Position numbers and translations under genes: made by a program. 64,000 bases of DNA. Origin: an uncultured Nitrososphaeraceae archaeon. Its GTDB lineage: Archaea > Thermoproteota > Nitrososphaeria > Nitrososphaerales > Nitrososphaeraceae. Each line of letters begins with the position of its first letter. The stretch's first letter is position 1. The stretch covers positions 32,001-96,000 of the forward strand of contig CAWGVG010000005.1 in the NCBI GenBank assembly GCA_963825865.1, written 5' to 3'. Of this stretch, positions 56,281-64,000 are shown piece after piece. A model generated the notes under the pieces. The model was not told the origin of the DNA. It saw only the letters and a list, made by a program, of their open reading frames with translations, and ran no database searches.

Positions 56281-57407
56281 TGGGCATAATTTGATCACGC
56301 AATTTTCAAGGAGTTTTGTTGTTGTTGTTTGATTTGCTTCCTAACATGTGTTTGATTGTTTCGGATGTTCTTTGTGAGTCTTACAATTGTAATAAACAAT
56401 GATTTGATAGAGTAGTACTGATAGCAGTACTATTCCTGCTGCCTTTCTGATATCCTCTTATTGACAAAAGATCTATTTTGAAGACATCTTTGAGGTGTTA
56501 TATCAAAGCTTCTACTGATATGCTTCTCCACGAGTAAATTACCTGTCATAATTTGGATTCATAGAATTCTATCAATTGCAGTCTGTCACTTGAAGTATTG
56601 TTGTATATTGCTGGTACTGGACATACCCAGCTAAAATCCTCTTCTATTTATGCTTAAATCGAATAGTTTGTAGTCGTCATATCCAGAATCACCTGTCACG
56701 TAACGTACTCCTTTTGGAAGTGAAGATATTATCGCAGGATATATCTGATTATCTTGTACATCAGCCTGAGTAAAATCCTCTGATAGAGGATACTATAAGA
56801 GAACCAGTGCTTGCTATTATGTGAAGTTTGTACCAAATATCCAACCCTTGGTGTGACTGAATCTCCATCTGGCATCTATATCAATACCAGAACGAAGTAC
56901 TACTCCTTTGATCATGGATGATTCTGTGCCAGAGATGACCTTTGGCTCTAAGCAATATACTATCTATTGTAACAATTTCGCTCAAGACTCGCAATAGTTG
57001 ATATCCTTTCTTTGATGTCTACAGATGTTGTCGAAAGCCCTTCTGTCAAATGTCCTTCTGTCAGGAAGACTGGTTAATCCACAAGCTTTCATTATCTTTC
57101 TATTGTAATGATAACAATCCATAACAAGGAAATCATGTAATGCTCGATTAGAATCTAGTCTGAACCATATCCTGACTACAAAACAATGTAATATCACTGT
57201 GGAAGAATAGACATATAGTCTACCTCTTCTTTTCTTTTTCCCCCCGATACTCTGGCCAAGGTACCAACCCCCTATGCTAATTAAGATGGAATCCTGAAGC
57301 ATTTGTTGCAGCAAGTCTTCTTTGGGTGGATTTGATCGTTTCTCACCAGAACATCTGACACTCCGAGGATAGCTTTATACAAAATCATCAATGGGAATTA
57401 TGCTCCA
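56281..57407 (-). mobile_element. Decayed DDE transposase element (DDE_Tnp_1-like)
   Basis: RRGRLYVYS, LPDRRTFDRR, IDSILL, GIDIDARW, YKLH, GDSGYDD remnants; imperfect ends TGG-GCATAATT / AATTATGCTCCA. Confidence 0.7.
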
Positions 57408-57670
57408 GTCTCAATTATCTATAAATTATATTGAGACAATTTTTGACTGTATATGAGCATTTTTAATTGATGACGTAGACAATATATATATATATATACT
57501 ACAAGAATCATGTTAAGATGAATTATGCTAAGAAGAATAATAAATGAAAAAATCCATGTTGCAGTTCTCCCAACTTATCTAAATCTTATTGCATCATTTG
57601 TCAAACAAATCGAATGATTATAATGATAGTCAGACTAGGTTATAAGATCTTACAAAATAAAATAATAAAA

Positions 57671-58522
57671 TTAATCAACTGGGTTTAGTATTTTGTGCTG
57701 TTGAGTTTCTTTCTCTTTCTCCTTCTCCTTTAACAAGATATTGTAAGCTCCCTCTGTGTCTGAATTCTTGTGAACAATTGCTCTTACTGCTTTTATCATT
57801 GCAACAGGATGATCGGATTGCCAAATGTTTCTACCCATATCAACTCCTACAGCACCATGCTCTATTGCATTATATGCTAGTTCAAGTGCATCAATTTCTT
57901 TTGACAATTTCTTGCCACCAGCTATTACCACTGGAACAGGGCACCCCTCAACAACCCTTTCAAAGTTTTCGCAGTAATATGTTTTAACTACATGCGCACC
58001 TAATTCAGCAGCTATTCTGCATGCCAAACCAAGATACCTAGCATCTCTAGCCATTTCCTTGCCAACAGCTGTGACTGCTAGAACAGGAATACCATACTTT
58101 TCACCTTCATCAACAAGTTTAGACAGAGCTGTGAGCGTTTGATGTTCGTATTTGCTTGCTACAAAAATTGAGAGAGCAAGGCATGTAGCATTTAGTTTGA
58201 TGGCATCTTCAATAGAGGTTGTGATACTTTCATTAGACAGATCTTCTCCAATAATACTGCTCCCGCCAGAAACTCGCAAAACTATTGGCACATCCGTATT
58301 TGGATTTACTGATGTCCGCAAAACCCCTCGGGTAATCATCAATGAGTCAGCATGTGATAAAAGAGGCTGTATAGTTCTACAGGGTATCTCTAATCCTTCT
58401 GTTGGACCCAAAAAGTATCCATGGTCGACTGCAAGCATAACACACCGACCATCTTCTGGACGAATGATTTTTGACACTCTATTTTTCATGCCCCAATCCA
58501 TGTTCTGATTCCTGTCATTCAT
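57671..58522 (-). CDS. lsrF: LsrF-like thiolase / DhnA-type class I aldolase
   Basis: MDWGMKNR, MLAVDHGYFLGPT.GLE, LACRIAAELGAHVVKTYY, VIAGGKK, GVDMGRNI. Confidence 0.85.
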   Translation of the reverse strand: MNDRNQNMDWGMKNRVSKIIRPEDGRCVMLAVDHGYFLGPTEGLEIPCRTIQPLLSHADSLMITRGVLRTSVNPNTDVPIVLRVSGGSSIIGEDLSNESITTSIEDAIKLNATCLALSIFVASKYEHQTLTALSKLVDEGEKYGIPVLAVTAVGKEMARDARYLGLACRIAAELGAHVVKTYYCENFERVVEGCPVPVVIAGGKKLSKEIDALELAYNAIEHGAVGVDMGRNIWQSDHPVAMIKAVRAIVHKNSDTEGAYNILLKEKEKEKETQQHKILNPVD

Positions 58523-58554
58523 GCTCTTTTTTTATTATATATAGTTTCTACAAT

Positions 58555-59592
58555 TTATTTGGATGTCACAATCACTTTCATTGAATCCTTTCCTTCATCT
58601 GCGCATCTTATTGCATCATCAGTATTTTTAATGTCAAAACGGTGGGTTATTAAACACTTTACGTCTAAGCGCTTCTCTACAATCAATTTTAATGCCTGGT
58701 TTGTTTCAATCTCTGATGCGGCATAAGTCGGAATGATAGATTGTTCATTTGCGTATAACTTGTTCACATTGACCGGAATTTCCGATCCTTTGGATGGGAC
58801 ACCAAAGAGCATTATTTTACCTGCTTTTCTTGTTACGTCAAAAGATTGTTCAAGTGCTTTTGCGCTTCCTGTGGCAACAATTGAGATATCAACACCTCTG
58901 TAGCCAGTAACATTTTGTATTTTTTTGATGAGGTTACTTTCAGTCATAGAATTAAAAGCTTGGACATTATCATATTTTTTTGCAAAATCCACTCTAAAAT
59001 CGTTGATGTCGAGTACAATGATTTTTCCTGCACCCAATGCTTTTGCAAGAGTCACATGCATCATTCCTGCAGGACCTGCTCCGAATACTGCAATATCATC
59101 GCCTTTTTGAAAATTGCACTTGTTTATTGCTCTTATACAACATGCTAGTGGCTCAATAAGTGATGCTTCATCAAACGTTACGCTGTCTGGTAATTTTATA
59201 AGCCCTCCTCGAGAAAGGTTCCATTCAGGTACTAAGAATTCTTCGGATAATCCACATGGATCAATTTTACTTTTTTGATACATGGCACACATCGTATAAT
59301 CTCCATGCCAGCAATAATAGCATGAATAGCAGCTAACGTGATGATGAATGAAAACGCGATCTCCCGGTGCAAAATCTTTCACGTATTTTCCTGTATTTAT
59401 AATCTCACCTGAAGGCTCATGTCCAAGTCCAGAGGATGACATCCCATATTGACCATGGACTTTCTCCAAATCAGAACCACACAGTCCGCATGCGCGCATT
59501 TTTATAAGAACATCTCCATCACCTAGTTTTGGAGTTGCTACATCGTCAATTGAAACTGCATTTTTACCTTTGACAAAGACAGCTTTCATCAA
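58555..59592 (-). CDS. Zn-dependent (sorbitol/threonine-type) dehydrogenase
   Basis: CGLCGSD, GHEPSG, CYSCYYC......C, EPLACC, GAGPAG. Confidence 0.9.
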   Translation of the reverse strand: MMKAVFVKGKNAVSIDDVATPKLGDGDVLIKMRACGLCGSDLEKVHGQYGMSSSGLGHEPSGEIINTGKYVKDFAPGDRVFIHHHVSCYSCYYCWHGDYTMCAMYQKSKIDPCGLSEEFLVPEWNLSRGGLIKLPDSVTFDEASLIEPLACCIRAINKCNFQKGDDIAVFGAGPAGMMHVTLAKALGAGKIIVLDINDFRVDFAKKYDNVQAFNSMTESNLIKKIQNVTGYRGVDISIVATGSAKALEQSFDVTRKAGKIMLFGVPSKGSEIPVNVNKLYANEQSIIPTYAASEIETNQALKLIVEKRLDVKCLITHRFDIKNTDDAIRCADEGKDSMKVIVTSK

Positions 59593-60185
59593 TCGGAGAT
59601 TAGAACTTCAACTATAAAAAATGTCTTAACACATCACAACATATTAACGAAATTTGAAAAATTTGCGTTCCATCATATAAAACAATCCGTTGTTTTTGAA
59701 ACAAGGGATTGTTATTTCAAAAGTAGTAAAATATATTTTAATATTGCAGCTTCGTATTCTTAAATAAGGTATTGTCATAAAAACCGTTCCAATAACTGAT
59801 ATAAGATTAGATTATATGGTTACTAAAAGTGTGATAAAAATAAATTCCTCTATGTGACGTTATAGCGGCATAATAATGACTAAATCGCATAGTGGTATTG
59901 AGTCGTAATATGCAATCCAATAAAGATTCACCCTTTCCGTACCTTGGCATGGTTAGCTCTTTCTAATACTGTTAGGATTGATCATTGATCGTAGAAAGTA
60001 TCTACTGCAAACACAGATACATTCCCTTCTCCTTGGATAGGTATAGTAATATAGTTCTTTGAATCAATTTTTAATCTACATTATAAAGAAATTTACTAAT
60101 CCTGATAGCGATTATTGCAGTTGTGGTAATTGTTATTTAACTCTGGTATGGGTAGAACTTATGGTTCGATATATTATCTATATAT

Positions 60186-60204
60186 CGCACAAAATCTTTA
60201 TAAA
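60186..60204 (+). promoter_or_regulatory. BRE/TATA promoter of the ilv-leu operon
   Basis: CGCACAAAA-TC-TTTATAAA (TATA at 60197-60204), implying a start site near 60225-60230. Confidence 0.65.
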
Positions 60205-60244
60205 TTATATCATTGCAATCTATGAATAATGCCTTGGGCTAAAA

Positions 60245-60319
60245 GTGAAGGGTCTTGTATTACCTCGCAGCCTGCAGGGTACAGCGGTTACAGTTGTACT
60301 TCTGGTGCTGCTGCTTTAA
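60245..60319 (+). CDS. Candidate branched-chain amino-acid leader peptide (uORF)
   Basis: GTG-initiated MKGLVLPRSLQGTAVTVVLLVLLL*; 8 Leu and 5 Val in 24 codons; last 8 codons all Val/Leu; ends 52 nt before ilvB. Confidence 0.65.
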   Translation: MKGLVLPRSLQGTAVTVVLLVLLL

Positions 60320-60371
60320 ATCATACTCTGCACTTTATTTTGACAGGGCATTTTGGTGGAGATATATATAA

Positions 60372-62063
60372 ATGGTGGAGATGGCCGGCGCAAAAGGCTT
60401 GATTTGTGCTCTTGAAAAGGAGAACGTGGACATAGTGTTTGGACTTCCAGGTGGAGCAAACCTTCCTATCTATGATGCTCTAGTGGATGCTGGTCACCTA
60501 CGTCATATTCTTGTACGGCATGAACAGTCTGCTGCTCATATGGCTGACGGCTATGCAAGAATAAAAAGGAGAGCTGGAGTGTGTTTTGCTACTTCTGGTC
60601 CAGGTGCCACTAATCTTATCACAGGTATCGCTACAGCATATGCTGATTCTTCTCCTTTGATCGCTGTAACTGGTCAAGTGCCATTAGCTATGATCGGAAA
60701 AGATGCTTTCCAAGAAACTGATATCATTGGTGTTGCTAATCCTTGTACAAAGTATGCGTTCCAACCAACAACAGCAAGCGAAATCCCAGAATCAGTAAAA
60801 AAGGCTTTCTATATAGCAGAAAGTGGAAGACCTGGTCCTGTGCTCATAGATATTCCCAAAGATGTGCAGCAGGCTACTGCAGATATGAAATTTCCTGAAC
60901 TTATCAAGGTAAGGGGTTACAGTCCTATCGTTGATGCTGATCTATCTCAAGTGGGAAAGGCTGTTGAAATTTTGCTTAAAGCGGAAAGGCCAATCATAAT
61001 GGCTGGTGGGGGTGTAATTCTTTCAGGTGCTTTTTCCGAATTACAGGCACTTGCAGAATTGTTAATGACTCCTGTAGTAACTACCTTTAAAGGAAAAGGC
61101 GCGTTTCCTGAAAATCATCCTCTTGCTATGGGACCCATTGGAATGCATGGACATGCGGAGGCCAATAAGATCATCATTGAAGCAGATTGCATACTCGCAG
61201 TGGGTGCAAGGTTTTCTGATAGATCGATAGGAAGATTTGACGAGTTTGGAAAAGGGATGAATATTATCCATATGGATGTCGATCCTGCAGAAATTGGTAA
61301 GAACAAGTCTGTCGATGTCGCAGTCATAGGCGATGTAAAATCATCGTTGAGAACACTTGTTAAGATGCTTCCAAGAAAAATGGTGAAAAAAGATACAGAA
61401 AACCCTTGGCTAAAGAGAAAAAAGGAGCTAATCGGATACTATGCTGAAACGCTTAAAGACTATCCAAGGGACCTTACAGCCAAAAAAACTCTAAAAAAAC
61501 TTAGAGAAATTTTACCTGCCAACGCAATTGCAACTACTGAAGTGGGTCAATGTCAGATGTGGACATCATTGCATTTTGATGTAATTTCACCTGGTACCTT
61601 TTTTAGCTCGACAGGTCTTGGAACAATGGGATTTGGATTTCCTGCTTCAATAGGTGCAAAGGCGGCTAGGCCAGAAGTGCCAGTGGTAGACATTGCAGGC
61701 GATGGTTCTTTCAACATGACAGAAAATTCTCTAGCCGTATCTGTTCTAGATAACCTCCCGGTAATCGTGTTTTTAATGAATAATTATATGCTTGGAATGG
61801 TAGCTCAATGGCAGAGAACATTTTATAACAGAAGATACATGGGAGTACATCAGCACAACCTCCCTGATTATGCAAAGATAGCAGAGGCATATGGTGCACA
61901 GGGAATCAAAGTGCAATCATCGCAAGAGTTAGAAAAGGCAATTAAATCTGCCTTGAAGACGGAAGTTGCCACTGTCATCGATATTCCAATTGATCCTGAA
62001 GAAGATGTTTATCCGTTTGTAGCACCTGGTACAGGTCTTAAAGATATGATTACAGGATCATGA
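60372..62063 (+). CDS. ilvB: Acetolactate synthase large subunit
   Basis: FGLPGGA, RHEQSAAHMADGYAR, TSGPGATN, GRPGPVLIDIPKD, GDGSF...NNYMLGMVAQWQ. Confidence 0.97.
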   Translation: MVEMAGAKGLICALEKENVDIVFGLPGGANLPIYDALVDAGHLRHILVRHEQSAAHMADGYARIKRRAGVCFATSGPGATNLITGIATAYADSSPLIAVTGQVPLAMIGKDAFQETDIIGVANPCTKYAFQPTTASEIPESVKKAFYIAESGRPGPVLIDIPKDVQQATADMKFPELIKVRGYSPIVDADLSQVGKAVEILLKAERPIIMAGGGVILSGAFSELQALAELLMTPVVTTFKGKGAFPENHPLAMGPIGMHGHAEANKIIIEADCILAVGARFSDRSIGRFDEFGKGMNIIHMDVDPAEIGKNKSVDVAVIGDVKSSLRTLVKMLPRKMVKKDTENPWLKRKKELIGYYAETLKDYPRDLTAKKTLKKLREILPANAIATTEVGQCQMWTSLHFDVISPGTFFSSTGLGTMGFGFPASIGAKAARPEVPVVDIAGDGSFNMTENSLAVSVLDNLPVIVFLMNNYMLGMVAQWQRTFYNRRYMGVHQHNLPDYAKIAEAYGAQGIKVQSSQELEKAIKSALKTEVATVIDIPIDPEEDVYPFVAPGTGLKDMITGS

Positions 62064-62070
62064 CACTAAT

Positions 62071-62610
62071 ATGTCAACAACAACAACAACAACTACGACA
62101 AACGAACAAAGTAAACATTGGTATATACTATCTGCTCTGCTAGAAAACAAACCAGGTGTTTTATTTAGAGTGACAAACCTTTTCAGAGCACGAAACTTTA
62201 ACATTGAAAGTATAACGGTAGGTTCCACTGAACAGGTCGATCTTTCAAGGATGACGATTACCACTAAGAGTGATGAAAAAACGCTAGATCAGCTTGTAAA
62301 ACAGCTTAGGAAGTTGATTGATGTAGTAGAGGTAAAAGTGCTTGATACAGATAAAACAGTTTTCCGCGAACTGGCCTTAATCAAAATGAAGGCAGAAGAT
62401 CCCACTACAAGAATGGAAATAACTAATTTCGCATCTATATTTAGAGCAAACATACTTGACATAGGAAAAGCAACCATTCTTGTAGAACTTACAGGAACCC
62501 CGGACAAAATAGATGCGTTTAAAAATCTCGTCGGACATTATGGGATAATACAGTTGGCAAGAACTGGTGTTTCAGCACTCCCAAGAGGTGAAACCTTAGT
62601 GTTAGACATG
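62071..62610 (+). CDS. ilvN: Acetolactate synthase small (ACT) subunit; no stop codon before leuA in this sequence
   Basis: LENKPGVL.RV..LF.AR.FNIESITVG, QLRKLIDV, RELALIK, ELTG.PDKIDAF, ARTGVSAL.RG. Confidence 0.93.
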
Positions 62611-64000
62611 ATGGATAAAGTTAGAATTTTTGATACTACGTTAAGAGATGGTGAACAGACGCCAGGGGTATCAGTTACTCCAGAACAGAAATTCAAGATT
62701 GCTATTAAACTAGATGAAATAGGTGTAGACGCTATTGAGGTTGGTTTTCCAATTGTTTCTCAAGGTGAAATGGAAGCAATAAAAGCAATAACCAAACAAG
62801 GATTAAATGCGGAAGTTTGTGGTCTGGCACGTACAGTTCAAGCGGATATTGATGCTGCAATAAATTGTAATTTAAAGTATGTACACACTTTCATTGCTAC
62901 TTCTGACATCCATATGCAATACAAGCTTAAAATGAGTAGGGAGCAGGTGTTAGAAAAAGCAATATGGGCAGTAGATTATGCCAAGAAAAATGGCATGCAG
63001 GTAGAATTTTCGGCAGAAGACGCAACGAGATCAGATAAGGTATTTGTAAACACGGTTTTCAAGGCAGTTGCTGATGCCGGTGCTGATAGATTAGATATTC
63101 CTGATACTGTCGGTTATGCCACTCCTCAATATATTGCAGAACTCGTTAACGATGTGAAGATAGCAACGAAACTTCCCGTCAGCATACATTGTCATGATGA
63201 TTTTGGGCTAGCTGTGGCTAACGCAATTTCTGGAATAAATGCCGGTGCCTCCTGTGCGCATGTAACAATAAATGGTTTAGGAGAAAGAGCGGGAAATGCA
63301 TCACTTGAGGAATTTGTTATGGCGCTTCAATGTCTATATAATAAGAAACACAATATTAAAACTGAGTTACTTTATGAAACCTCCAAACTTATCTCCAACA
63401 TAATGGGAATAATTGTTCAACCAAACAAAGCAATAATTGGTGAAAATGCTTTTGGTCATGAATCTGGCATCCACACACACGGTATTATAAATAATCCGCT
63501 TACTTACGAACCAATTAGTCCGGAACTAGTTGGAAGAAAAAGATGGATGCAAGCTGGAAAACATGCTGGGGCCCATGGTATCAAAGCAATGTTAGAAGAA
63601 TTTGGGATCAAACCAACAGATGAACAGCTACATAATATCGTCGAAAAACAAAAAAACCTTGCAGACAAAGGAAAATCAATAACTACCGCAGAACTTTTAT
63701 CAATAGCTGGAGATATTATGCATAATAACAGGTTTGAAGAGAAATTCAAACTCTATGATTTTCATATTGTAACTGGAATGAATACCATACCAACAGCTGT
63801 TGTTAGATTGAATACAGATGGTAAAGATTTCATTGCATCTGAAATTGGCGTTGGACCAGTAGATGCTGCATTGAAAGCTATACAAAAGGTCGCAGGAGAA
63901 ATGGAGAACATCAAGATCCGTGAATACAGATTAGATTCTATTACAGGAGGTTCCGATGCGTTAGCCGAAGTTTCAATAAAGGTAGAAGACAAAAAAGGAA
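62611..64000 (+). CDS. leuA: 2-isopropylmalate synthase (LeuA/CimA family), runs off the window
   Basis: RIFDTTLRDGEQTPG, EFSAEDATR, PDTVG, HCHDDFG, GLGERAGNA, AFGHESGIH, GVGPVDA. Confidence 0.9.
   Translation, partial: MDKVRIFDTTLRDGEQTPGVSVTPEQKFKIAIKLDEIGVDAIEVGFPIVSQGEMEAIKAITKQGLNAEVCGLARTVQADIDAAINCNLKYVHTFIATSDIHMQYKLKMSREQVLEKAIWAVDYAKKNGMQVEFSAEDATRSDKVFVNTVFKAVADAGADRLDIPDTVGYATPQYIAELVNDVKIATKLPVSIHCHDDFGLAVANAISGINAGASCAHVTINGLGERAGNASLEEFVMALQCLYNKKHNIKTELLYETSKLISNIMGIIVQPNKAIIGENAFGHESGIHTHGIINNPLTYEPISPELVGRKRWMQAGKHAGAHGIKAMLEEFGIKPTDEQLHNIVEKQKNLADKGKSITTAELLSIAGDIMHNNRFEEKFKLYDFHIVTGMNTIPTAVVRLNTDGKDFIASEIGVGPVDAALKAIQKVAGEMENIKIREYRLDSITGGSDALAEVSIKVEDKKG

Noticed and set aside
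57671-58522. AI-2 quorum-sensing system implied by lsrF
   Set aside because: No other lsr genes are in the window; the aldolase-dehydrogenase pair fits general sugar metabolism.
60229-60402. Alternative ATG-initiated ORF (MPWAKSEG...) overlapping the ilvB start
   Set aside because: No amino-acid bias related to the operon and it overlaps ilvB out of frame; the Val/Leu-rich frame explains the region better, though this ATG may be the true leader start after indel correction.

Overview
AT-rich archaeal DNA, most likely a soil Nitrososphaeraceae (ammonia-oxidising Thaumarchaeota). The assignment rests on BHB-intron tRNAs, archaeal Hsp20, expanded small wHTH regulators, cupredoxins, P-II and CBS/USP paralogues. 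Positions 1-33 kb are an accessory, mosaic stress/metabolic region: CoA-transferase, bacterial-type GAPDH, Zn-ADH, CBS, USPs, Hsp20, cupredoxins, transporters, IS5 and IS630 elements, and many gene fragments. About 33.8-48 kb is an integrated element at the 3' end of a double-intron tRNA-Gly, with a tyrosine integrase, a TopoVI-A/Spo11-like Toprim protein, a P-loop replication ATPase with embedded iteron-like repeats, and cargo genes. Positions 48-64 kb are more core-like: CorA, a double-intron tRNA-Trp, two decayed IS, an lsrF-like aldolase, a Zn dehydrogenase and ilvB-ilvN-leuA. Many genes are split by single-base indels, which may be assembly errors. The most striking signal is a Val/Leu-rich uORF (…VTVVLLVLLL*) with alternative RNA pairings and a U-tract between a TATA box and ilvB, i.e. 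a candidate amino-acid-sensing leader-peptide attenuator in an archaeon. Other leads are an in-frame ilvN-leuA fusion, a repeated 15-bp palindromic operator candidate and a Cys-less cupredoxin family. All calls were made by eye, without database searches.
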